Made by a program: the position numbers and the translations under genes
In this document: in pieces, positions 50,174-58,773 of the stretch
How positions within the stretch are numbered: position 1 is the stretch's first letter
Layout of the letters: every line of letters begins with the position of its first letter
Assembly: GCA_965217585.1 (NCBI GenBank)
Contig: OZ244561.1
Location: 3,360,001-3,424,000 of the forward strand
Length of the DNA stretch: 64,000 nt
Direction: 5' to 3'
Origin: Candidatus Latescibacterota bacterium
GTDB taxonomy: Bacteria; Latescibacterota; UBA2968; UBA8231
The notes under the pieces: generated by a model
The model's input: the letters and a program-made list of their open reading frames with translations, nothing else
Told to the model about the DNA's origin: nothing
Database searches by the model: none

Positions 50174-51840
50174 TGCGCAGAAAGATCTCGACCCTCGCTG
50201 CGCTCGCCTTGATTCAGTGCGGCGGTCCTAGCGATGTTGCCGACAATGTGGCCGCCCGAATCGGCGACAAAGAAATTACCCGCGAGGACCTAACCCTTTT
50301 CGCTGCGGAGACCCCGGCCCTGCTGAGATCGGAAGCTACCGGCATGGACGCGGCCAAAGATTATCTCCAGACCCTGATCGACATGGAATTGATGCTCGTG
50401 GCCGCCCGCGCCAAAGGCTTGGATAAGGAGGCGCAATTCACCGCGCAATGGGAGCAGGAGCAGCAAAACAGGATCGTCAAGGATTATATAGAGCGACACG
50501 TACTGCCCGAGAGCCAGCCCTCAGAGCAAGAAGTCCGGGAGCAATTCGCCAAGAGCAAGTGGAGCCGCCTGCTCAAGCTAGCGCACATTCGGGTAGAGAC
50601 TCAACAACAAGCTCAACAAGTCGTCCAAGAACTGGAGCAGGGACGCCCCTTCGCAGCAGTGGCTGCGGAACGCTCGGCGAATCGAACCACGGCGGCCAAC
50701 GGCGGCCTTCTGAGCGAGAACTTTATAGGTCGAGAAAACTTGCGGGACGTGCAGCTCCCGTTGTCCATCGCCCACGTCCTGTACGAGGTGCCGGAGGGCG
50801 AGGTCAGCCAGCCCTTTAAGGTGCGAGGCGCGTACGAGATTTTCAAGGTGCTGGACGAAGCCCCCGCGCCCGACTACTACCTCCAAGTATTCGCCCAGTG
50901 GCTCTTCCGGCAGAATTACGAGCGCACCCAGCAGGAGCGGGTGGCCGAACTCAAGCCCAAGTACAAGGTTGAGGTGGATACGGCCGCCGTCGCGTTTCTC
51001 ATCGCCGAGGGCTCCAAGGGCAGTACCGCCTTGTGGGACATTGCACCTGCAGACCGAGAGCGGATTCTGGGGCGCTATGACCGCGGGCACTTCACCATCG
51101 AGGATTTGATGAATGCGTACTGGAAGGCCCGCTTCCAGTCCCGGCTCGAATTCAGCCGCGAGGGCATCGCCGATTTCATCGATACGCACATCCTGTCGGT
51201 CCAACTGTTTTACCTCGAAGCCCTTGAGGAGGGCTTGGACGAGGACCCGGCGGTCGTGGCTTGGCTGCACAACAAGAGAGAGGCCCTGCTACTCGAAGCG
51301 CTCAAAGAGCGCGAAGTTCAAGCCCTCATCGATACGACCGACGCTTCGGCGCGCCGCTATTACGAGAACAACCTGCACAAGTTCATGGAGCCACGCGCGA
51401 CCGTGATTTTGGAGATTTTGGTGCCCACCCGGGCCGTGGCCGATTCGCTGCTGAAGGAAATCGAGGGCGGAGCGGATATGGAGACGCTCGCCGTGCGCCA
51501 CACCACGCGGCAGTTTGCCAAACAGCAACAAGGGCGGCTCCACCTGCATGCGTACGAACGGACCCTATTCGGCCCACTCCACGACGAGGCCATGGAAAAG
51601 GCCCCCATTGGCGAGTTGCAAGGACCCTTAGCGCTAGAGGAAGGCTTTTCCATCTTCAAGGTCGAGGAGCGCATCCCCGACCGGCCCGAGCCTTTTCCGC
51701 AGACGGTGCGGCGGGCCAAGTACTGGCTGAGAAAGTCCGAGGAGAACAAGTACTTCGAGGAATTGATCGTCAGGCTACGGGAGCAATACGCGGCACAAGT
51801 GGAGGTGTTTGAGGAGCATATCGCGGATCTGGAATTGTGA
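50173..51840 (+). CDS. SurA/PrsA/PpiD-like parvulin peptidyl-prolyl isomerase lipoprotein
   Basis: LIQC lipobox-like motif and VAARIGDKEIT; two rotamase-like regions (AHIRVE...FAAVAAERS...GG and EILVPT...LAVRHT...GFSIFKV). Confidence 0.82.
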   Translation: MRRKISTLAALALIQCGGPSDVADNVAARIGDKEITREDLTLFAAETPALLRSEATGMDAAKDYLQTLIDMELMLVAARAKGLDKEAQFTAQWEQEQQNRIVKDYIERHVLPESQPSEQEVREQFAKSKWSRLLKLAHIRVETQQQAQQVVQELEQGRPFAAVAAERSANRTTAANGGLLSENFIGRENLRDVQLPLSIAHVLYEVPEGEVSQPFKVRGAYEIFKVLDEAPAPDYYLQVFAQWLFRQNYERTQQERVAELKPKYKVEVDTAAVAFLIAEGSKGSTALWDIAPADRERILGRYDRGHFTIEDLMNAYWKARFQSRLEFSREGIADFIDTHILSVQLFYLEALEEGLDEDPAVVAWLHNKREALLLEALKEREVQALIDTTDASARRYYENNLHKFMEPRATVILEILVPTRAVADSLLKEIEGGADMETLAVRHTTRQFAKQQQGRLHLHAYERTLFGPLHDEAMEKAPIGELQGPLALEEGFSIFKVEERIPDRPEPFPQTVRRAKYWLRKSEENKYFEELIVRLREQYAAQVEVFEEHIADLEL

Positions 51841-51853
51841 TAGGAGCAGCGTT

Positions 51854-52621
51854 ATGAAAAGAACGGGCTATATCCTCGTCTTAGCAGCCATCGCGCTACC
51901 CCTCCTTAGCTGCGGCCACCGGCTCGGCATGCGGCATTTTGCCGGTCCCATCCAACCGGCCGCCGAGCAGCAGGGCGCCGAGTTGTCAATTGGCGACGAC
52001 CGCAGCATTACCTATACGCAGGGCCGGCTGGAGGTCAATCTGCGCCCCCTGACCGACGAAATCCTCAACCGGCAGTTCGCCGCCCACAGTCCGGATAAGT
52101 CGAGTTTTTATCTCAATCCATACGAAATGGAGCTCAACCCCTATACGTATTCGGACTGGAATCCACCGGAGCATTCGTGGGTTCCCGCCCGCTTTACGGT
52201 CTTCAGCTTAAAGGTGAAAAACTACGAATTTCCCAAGGTGTGGTTGGACCCAGAGAAAATCTCGCTGACGGCCGCCAACGGTCGCCAATATCAGGCGCTG
52301 AGTTTGGCCGCCATGGTCGAGTACTATTGGCCTTATGCCGTCGGCTATGGCGGCAACGTCTATTTGAATACCGAAGAGCGGAAGGACATCCTCCAGGAGA
52401 CCATGTACAAGACCGACGAGTTCGTCTTCAGCGGCCAGGAATCCACCGGCTTCATCGTGTTTCCGCCCTTGCACAGAGATGTGTCCTCGTTTGTGGTGGA
52501 GATCGAAGATCTGGCCCTGCGCTTCGACTTCCGGGACGAACCCATAGAAACCGTGAACATCGCCTATTTGTTTGACCGAGACGTCTATAAGGCCCGCAAG
52601 CCGCGTCCAGCCGAGCAGTAA
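51854..52621 (+). CDS. Hypothetical lipoprotein
   Basis: AGGAG RBS, LLSC lipobox and Ig-like pattern (FSLKVKN...GFIVFP). Confidence 0.72.
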   Translation: MKRTGYILVLAAIALPLLSCGHRLGMRHFAGPIQPAAEQQGAELSIGDDRSITYTQGRLEVNLRPLTDEILNRQFAAHSPDKSSFYLNPYEMELNPYTYSDWNPPEHSWVPARFTVFSLKVKNYEFPKVWLDPEKISLTAANGRQYQALSLAAMVEYYWPYAVGYGGNVYLNTEERKDILQETMYKTDEFVFSGQESTGFIVFPPLHRDVSSFVVEIEDLALRFDFRDEPIETVNIAYLFDRDVYKARKPRPAEQ

Positions 52622-52622
52622 G

Positions 52623-53972
52623 TCATTTTTCTTTCGTTAAAGAGTGATACTTGTCGAGGGCGGCTTGGCCCTCGACCTGTCGCCCCTGCCTGAAGTACAG
52701 CATACTCAAGTTGTAGTGGGCATCCGCGTACTCTGGATCGGCCGACAGGGCCTTTTGGAACATGCGGGTTGCCGCTTCCTCGTTGCCTAGCCGCAGATAG
52801 GCCACCCCCAAGTTGTTGTAGCCTTGGGCATAGCGCGGGTACAGGGCCAAGAGCTGTTCGTATTGCTGGATGGCCGCGCCGATCTGCTCGGTGTTCAGCA
52901 GGATGTTGGCGAGGTTGTTGCGCGCCCCGAGGTCGGCTGGATTGATGGCCAAGGCGCGGCGATACTCGCTGGCCGCGGCGTCGCGGTGCCCCAACCCCCC
53001 GTAGAGTACCCCCAAGTTGTAGTAAGCGTCCGCGTCCTCTGGGTAGAGCGTCAGCAGGTAGCGGTAGTGCTCGATTTGTTCGCGCACCGGCTGCAAACGC
53101 GCAAAAGCCGCCAGCAGCTTGCGCCCTTCTTCGGTCCGCCCCTCCCGCAAATAGAGCGTTCCCAGCCGGTGCAGGGCTTCGGGTTCAAACGGATCGGTCG
53201 CTACGGCTTGTACCAGCGCGGTTTCGGCTGCGCGCGGCCGCCCTTGTTGCAGCAGGACATGCCCGAGCGCAGCGAGGGCCAAGGCGTGATTGGCCCCCGC
53301 GTACGCGGGGGTCAACGCCGCTCGCAGGCTGGCCTCGGCTGCCGAGTACTGACCCAACTGGGCCTCGATCTGCCCTAGCCGGTAGTGAGCCTCCGCGCTC
53401 GTGGAATCTAGCCGGACGGCCTGCTGTAGTTGCGCCCGCGCCTCTGCGTAGCGGGCTTGCCGCTGATAGACTAGCCCCAAGTTGTAGTGGGTGGCCACGT
53501 GCTGTGGCTCCAACTCTAAGGCTTTATGCAGCACTTCAACGGCATCGGCGTAGCGGTTTTGATCGCCGTAAACGAGGGCCAGCTTGCGGTAAAAAGCGGG
53601 CTGGGCTGGCGCGTGCTGAAGGGCCGTTTGGTACGCGGCGATGGCTTGGTCGTTGCGCCGCTGCCGCACGTACAAGTCGCCGAGGGCCTCGTAGGCTGCT
53701 AGGTGCTGTGGGTCGCGTTGGATGATGTACTCGAAGTGCTGGATGGCCACGTCGAGCTGGCCGTGCTTGAGCAGCAGCCTCCCCAACAGCAGCCGCGCCT
53801 GCACGTGCTCTGGCTCGCTGTCGAGGGCCTGCTGACAGGACTGGATGGCCGGCAGGTAATTTTTGGCGTCGGCTTGGCGTTGGCACTCGTCGTAGTGGAG
53901 TTGGCCAGGGCCGTCGGCACAGGCGGCCACAAGCCATAGAGCGAGCGCTAGCGCCAATTTTTTATCTTCCAT
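52623..53972 (-). CDS. TPR repeat lipoprotein (paralog B)
   Basis: LVAAC lipobox; colinear with paralog A (LHYDEC...LLLKHGQ...DPFEPEA..RLG...LLAAFARLQ). Confidence 0.88.
   Translation of the reverse strand: MEDKKLALALALWLVAACADGPGQLHYDECQRQADAKNYLPAIQSCQQALDSEPEHVQARLLLGRLLLKHGQLDVAIQHFEYIIQRDPQHLAAYEALGDLYVRQRRNDQAIAAYQTALQHAPAQPAFYRKLALVYGDQNRYADAVEVLHKALELEPQHVATHYNLGLVYQRQARYAEARAQLQQAVRLDSTSAEAHYRLGQIEAQLGQYSAAEASLRAALTPAYAGANHALALAALGHVLLQQGRPRAAETALVQAVATDPFEPEALHRLGTLYLREGRTEEGRKLLAAFARLQPVREQIEHYRYLLTLYPEDADAYYNLGVLYGGLGHRDAAASEYRRALAINPADLGARNNLANILLNTEQIGAAIQQYEQLLALYPRYAQGYNNLGVAYLRLGNEEAATRMFQKALSADPEYADAHYNLSMLYFRQGRQVEGQAALDKYHSLTKEK
53294..53311. repeat. 18-bp perfect palindrome CCCCCGCGTACGCGGGGG inside the TPR gene
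   Basis: Encodes PAYAG, which is absent from paralog A; same 16-bp core as 8041-8058. Confidence 0.85.
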
Positions 53973-55282
53973 TTGACAAACATGGCCCAGTAGGCGGGAC
54001 GGCAATAGTAGCGGATATAGGCTTTTTCGAGCAGGCGTCTGACTTGGGGGGCCGACAAGTTTTCGTGCTCAAACACGAGGTGAAATTGCGTGTATTTTTC
54101 GTAGTCGTAGGTCGATATTCTGCCCGCGCGGTCGAGCCGGTCGTAAAAGGCCGTCCCGGGGTACGGAGTGGCAACGGAAAAGCGGGCCAGATAGGTGTTG
54201 AGCTTGATGGCGTATTGTACGACTTCCCTGATGGTTTCTTCGCTGTCGCCCTCTAGGGCCAAAATGTAGAAAGCGGCGACCTTGATGCCGCGCTTTTTAC
54301 AGAACGCGATGATGCGCTCTTGGTGCTGCTCCTCGACCAGCGGCCTTTTGTTGATTTTTGCGATGGCCGCGTTGGGGGTCTCTATGCCGACGTTGATGTT
54401 GCGCAACCCTACGGCGAACATCTGTTGCAAGTTTTCTTCGTCGAGCAAGTCGAGGCGGGTTTCCATACCCCATTCAATCTGGACGTTTCTCCGGTCTAGT
54501 TCTTCGCATAATTCGCGGACGAACGGCTTGTGGAGGCCGAAGAGGGGGTCCCTGAACTGAATGGCTTTTATGTGGTGTTGCTCCTTTAGCCGGACGATGT
54601 CATCGACGACTTTGTGCGCGGGCCGCAATCTGATTTTTGCTCCTTGGTACTCGCCATACGCGCAATAGGCGCGGCAGCTAAAGGGACATCCGCGGCTTGC
54701 TTGCAATGCGACAAATGGCCGCTTGGCAATGGCGGGGAGATAGCGGTATTGCTCTATGGGGAAGTTGTCAAATGAAGGTGCGGGCAGCGCCGCCATGTCG
54801 GTAGACGAGGCGATGGCCACGTGCCCCTTGAGCTGGTCGAGGTGCGCGAATTGGTGCGCGAAGAAGGCTTCTGGCTCGCCTTGAAGGACGAAGTCACCGC
54901 TGTCAAATAGCTGGGGAAATCGCGAGGGGAAAGGCCCCCAAAAACCTACTTTGGCTTGCGGCAGCTTCTCTTTGAGCGATTGACACACTTGGTTTTCGCG
55001 CCGGTAATCGACGAGCGAGCCGTATAGCAACACCAAGTCCACATCGCCTTGCGGCAGGGAACCTTCAAAATAGGATACCGCGTGGCCCTGTTCCTTGAGG
55101 ACACTTTGCAAGAACGCGAATTCGACGATGGGGATGCGGACCCACTTGCGCCGGAGTCGCTTTAGTATGCCAAACGCAAAGGAGTCGCCAAAGTCGTCGG
55201 CCGTGCCGAGGCCGCCGTTTAGGTCCTTATTGAGGCCGTACTTTTTGCTTTTGTTCAGGATGTGGACGAGTGCTATGTTCAT
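53948..55282 (-). CDS. B12-binding-type radical SAM protein
   Basis: VLQGEPE, ASRGCPFSCRAYC, FRDPLF, ETRLD, INVGIET and TPYPGT. Confidence 0.88.
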   Translation of the reverse strand: MNIALVHILNKSKKYGLNKDLNGGLGTADDFGDSFAFGILKRLRRKWVRIPIVEFAFLQSVLKEQGHAVSYFEGSLPQGDVDLVLLYGSLVDYRRENQVCQSLKEKLPQAKVGFWGPFPSRFPQLFDSGDFVLQGEPEAFFAHQFAHLDQLKGHVAIASSTDMAALPAPSFDNFPIEQYRYLPAIAKRPFVALQASRGCPFSCRAYCAYGEYQGAKIRLRPAHKVVDDIVRLKEQHHIKAIQFRDPLFGLHKPFVRELCEELDRRNVQIEWGMETRLDLLDEENLQQMFAVGLRNINVGIETPNAAIAKINKRPLVEEQHQERIIAFCKKRGIKVAAFYILALEGDSEETIREVVQYAIKLNTYLARFSVATPYPGTAFYDRLDRAGRISTYDYEKYTQFHLVFEHENLSAPQVRRLLEKAYIRYYCRPAYWAMFVKWKIKNWR

Positions 55283-55306
55283 CGGCGCAATCAGGACTGA
55301 GACGAG

Positions 55307-56194
55307 ATGGCGGATTCTCCGCGTTTATTGATTACGGGCGCAAGCGGTTACGTGGGTCACCAACTAATGGCGGCAGCGGCTTGGGAGCAAGCCGTGTGGT
55401 TGGGGCGCAAAGATGTTTCGACTGCTAACTACACCCGCATCCGCTGCTACGACGAAGAGCACTTGGCGGAATACGTGCGGTCGGCCGATGTGGTCATCCA
55501 TTTGGCCGCGGTTGTGCGCGGGCGCGACCAAGACGCCATGACCGCTGCCAACGTCGAGCTGACGAGCCGTCTGCTTGGCGTGATGGAAAAGTACAGCCCC
55601 GATGCGCGGCTGATTTTCTTTAGTACGGACTTGGCCACCTCTGAGTATTCGCTCTATGGCCGTTCGAAGAACCGCGCTGAACAACTCATTGGCGCAAGTG
55701 CCTTAGACGCGGTTTGCCTGCGGGCGAGCATGATCGTCGGCGAGGAGGAGGGGGCACTGGTGGCGACCTTTGACGCGCTGACCAAACTGTCGCGGCTGAA
55801 GGTACTGCCCGTTCCCAATGGGGGCCGGTTCTTGGTGCGACCGCTGTGGATAGGCGACATCATTCAAGTTTTGCACGCTTTAATCCGCCGTCGGGGACAG
55901 GATGCGGATCGAGGCGTTTGGTCCATGTATGGAGCGTCTATCCGCTTTGTGGACTTGATGCGCCAATTGGCCCGCGCACAAGGCAACAAGCCCCTGTTGG
56001 TGCCGTTCCCCGTTCAGTGCATTACGTGGCCGGGTAGGGTCTTGTTGCGGCTCAGACCCCGAACCCAAGTGCCGATTGATTTCCTCGTCGCTCTGACGGA
56101 AGCAGCAAAAAAAGAAGCGCCGGATGTATTTCAACACTTGGGGATTGAACGCACGCCGATTGATCGCATCGTGCAGCGGCGGTCTTGCGTTTAG
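55307..56194 (+). CDS. NAD-dependent epimerase/dehydratase (extended SDR)
   Basis: ITGASGYVG, VIHLAA and YGRSK (YxxxK). Confidence 0.88.
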   Translation: MADSPRLLITGASGYVGHQLMAAAAWEQAVWLGRKDVSTANYTRIRCYDEEHLAEYVRSADVVIHLAAVVRGRDQDAMTAANVELTSRLLGVMEKYSPDARLIFFSTDLATSEYSLYGRSKNRAEQLIGASALDAVCLRASMIVGEEEGALVATFDALTKLSRLKVLPVPNGGRFLVRPLWIGDIIQVLHALIRRRGQDADRGVWSMYGASIRFVDLMRQLARAQGNKPLLVPFPVQCITWPGRVLLRLRPRTQVPIDFLVALTEAAKKEAPDVFQHLGIERTPIDRIVQRRSCV

Positions 56195-56320
56195 CAGGGC
56201 GAGCTAGCCGTCCTATAGATGCTTCGACTGCTCAACATGACGCCGACAAGCAGCGTACCAGCACCTGTCATGCTGAGCGGAGCGCAGCATCTCACACCGC
56301 CTGCGTATGGTTGAAGTAAT

Positions 56321-57952
56321 ATGCGCCGCTTGACCATCCCGGCCCTATTTGTCGCCGTTGCTCTCGTCCAGACTGCGCCGCTAGTACTGCATCTGACCAC
56401 GCACGTTCCCTTTGGGAATTACCCGGCCGCGACCACGGTGCGCTGGGAGATATGGACGCTGTGGTGGAACAGCGACCGGCTAACGCACGGATACCTCGAC
56501 TACTGGCACGCGCCAATTTTCCACCCCAATCCCGCAGCGTTTGCCTATTCGGAACCCCAATGGCTGACCGGCTTGGCCTTTGGCACCGCGTTGCTGCTTG
56601 CCGACTCCCCGCCCCTAGCTTACAACGCAATTTTGCTGGCGATTCTGGCGTTGAATGGCTGGAGCGGCTTTTTCTTGTTGCGTCAATTGGGTCTTTCACT
56701 GGGGACGGCCTTGGCCGGGGGCGTCCTCGTGGAGATGCTGCCCTTGGCCGCCGATCAACTCGGCGTCGTCCAGACAGTCGTGCTATTCCCTTGCATCATG
56801 GTACTGGCCTGCTTGGTCCAGTTCCGGCGCGACGGGGGAGCCGGCCCGCTGCTAAGGTGTGGCGTTTGGATGGCCGTGTGCTTTCACACGGCGTCGCACA
56901 CGGCCCTGTTGTTCGGGCCGGTGGCGGTGGCGGGTTATTTCGTCCTGTGTTGGCCGCCTCGGCGGCTCCTCGTACCTATTGCGGCGCTCGGCTTGTGCGG
57001 CGCATTGGTCGCGCCCATAGCCGTTGGGCAACTGCGCGTGCTGAGCGAATTGGATATGGAGCGGTATCGCTCGGCAGAGACGATTCGCCGCACCAGTGCT
57101 CGCGTTGACGACTACTTGCAGATGCCGGCCACCAACTGGCTGCGGCAACGCCCGCCCGATTGGCGGGGCCATGCGCTGGGGTTTGGGGTGGCTGTGTGGC
57201 CTTTGGCTTTGGTCGGGATTTGGTTTGGCCTAGCAGGCCGCTGCTATCGCCGCTGGACGTTATGCTGCCTCGGCGCGGCGCTGAGTTGCGTATTGCTGTC
57301 TTTCGGGCCTAGCCTCGACGCGCCGTGGCGCGCTCCTTACGAGTTGCTCCGGACGTGTTATCCGGGGTTTGAGTCCGCGCGCAATTTGTGGCGTTTTGCC
57401 GGGCTGGCGCAGCTTTTTGTCGCGTTGCTCGCGGCTTTGGGACTGGCTTGGTTGGGCCGCCGACGGTGGGCGCAGTGCTTGGTCGTTTTGGTTGTGGCCG
57501 TCGATTGGCTGTCTGCACCGGTGCCGCTGCTCAAGTGGGAAGTGCCGGCGCAGGAATGGGTCCAGTGGTTGCGAGAGTCGCCGCTGGATACGCGCATCAT
57601 CCACGTGCCCATGGTCGCCAGTGGCCGCGCCGACCGCTTTGATCGGACGACGTATTGGATGAACTGCCAGATGTATCACGAGCGGCCTATGGCCAATGGG
57701 TTTGCCAGCTTTGTGCCGCAGCATGTTCACGCCCTGTCACACATCATGGCGGGGTTTCCGAGCGCGAACAGCATTTCGGCGCTGCGCCGCCTCCAGATCA
57801 GTCACGTGCTAGTGGAAAGCGATTGGTTTGCGGAGCGCACCGAGCAGTTTGAGGTGTGGGACGAGCATCTCGCGCTGGAAAAGGTGACGGCGGATGTGAG
57901 GATTTACCGCGTGGTGTCTTCTGGGGACGCTAAAGAAGCGGTCGCAAATTAG
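56321..57952 (+). CDS. Polytopic membrane protein, probable GT-C-fold glycosyltransferase
   Basis: WTLWWN...WHAPIFHP...AYSE, multiple TM segments, YPGFESARNLWRF and HERPMANGFASF. Confidence 0.65.
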   Translation: MRRLTIPALFVAVALVQTAPLVLHLTTHVPFGNYPAATTVRWEIWTLWWNSDRLTHGYLDYWHAPIFHPNPAAFAYSEPQWLTGLAFGTALLLADSPPLAYNAILLAILALNGWSGFFLLRQLGLSLGTALAGGVLVEMLPLAADQLGVVQTVVLFPCIMVLACLVQFRRDGGAGPLLRCGVWMAVCFHTASHTALLFGPVAVAGYFVLCWPPRRLLVPIAALGLCGALVAPIAVGQLRVLSELDMERYRSAETIRRTSARVDDYLQMPATNWLRQRPPDWRGHALGFGVAVWPLALVGIWFGLAGRCYRRWTLCCLGAALSCVLLSFGPSLDAPWRAPYELLRTCYPGFESARNLWRFAGLAQLFVALLAALGLAWLGRRRWAQCLVVLVVAVDWLSAPVPLLKWEVPAQEWVQWLRESPLDTRIIHVPMVASGRADRFDRTTYWMNCQMYHERPMANGFASFVPQHVHALSHIMAGFPSANSISALRRLQISHVLVESDWFAERTEQFEVWDEHLALEKVTADVRIYRVVSSGDAKEAVAN

Positions 57953-58734
57953 TTTGCTCCCCGAGGCAGACTGCGCCAGCGGTCGTAGTAAAGTTGCGCT
58001 TTCTCCGGCAGCGCTGCTCGCACTCGGTCGGACAGGCGCCATTCCCAGTCGCTACCTACATAGTCCATTGGCTCTTGGGGATCGTAGCGCCGCAGGCCGC
58101 CGGTGACGCTCAGCCGCCGTTCCAAGTCGTCGGGTTTGTGGCCGCGGTGGATGATTTTGCCGTTCCAAAACACGGTTTGTCCCCGCCGCAAGTCCACCTG
58201 CACCCCGCCGGGAATTGGCTGACGCGTATTGCTGAATAGCACCTCGGCTTCCGGCTCGGTGCGATAGCGCCGCTGACTGCCCGTAACCACCCATAGGCAC
58301 GGGTCGTCGAGCAGGGCCGTCTGCCATTTGAGGCTGACGAAAGGCTGGTTGAGAATGGCCATTTCCTCAGCTTCGCTGTAATTGACCGGCGGCTGGCCAA
58401 TGTCGCGATGCCATCCGGTGTCGTAGGAACGTTCTGTACACCACAGATGCACGTGTCCGAGCCGCAGCTCCGACCCTAAGAAGGCTTCGGCGTAGCGGGT
58501 GATTGGAGCGGAGATCAGGTATTCGGCGAATGCGGGCTCGGCGAATTCCGGGGCGATCACGCCCAAGACGCCTGTAGAATCGGGACCTTGACCAGAGACA
58601 TCGACTTGTCCCGAGCGCACCTTATCGACCACCCGCCGGCCCGCTGCCTCCAAGCGATCGAGCAGGTCCGGTGCTACGGCGTCATCGACGACGACGAAGC
58701 CGTCGTTGAAATAGGTCGTTTTGAAGTCGGTCAT
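57949..58734 (-). CDS. PhyH-family dioxygenase
   Basis: DGFVVVDD, GWHRD, VVTGSQ and GQTVFWNGKIIHRG. Confidence 0.82.
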   Translation of the reverse strand: MTDFKTTYFNDGFVVVDDAVAPDLLDRLEAAGRRVVDKVRSGQVDVSGQGPDSTGVLGVIAPEFAEPAFAEYLISAPITRYAEAFLGSELRLGHVHLWCTERSYDTGWHRDIGQPPVNYSEAEEMAILNQPFVSLKWQTALLDDPCLWVVTGSQRRYRTEPEAEVLFSNTRQPIPGGVQVDLRRGQTVFWNGKIIHRGHKPDDLERRLSVTGGLRRYDPQEPMDYVGSDWEWRLSDRVRAALPEKAQLYYDRWRSLPRGAN

Positions 58735-58773
58735 TGCGGGTTCCTTTTGTCGGGAATGTGATGGGTGTTCGCG

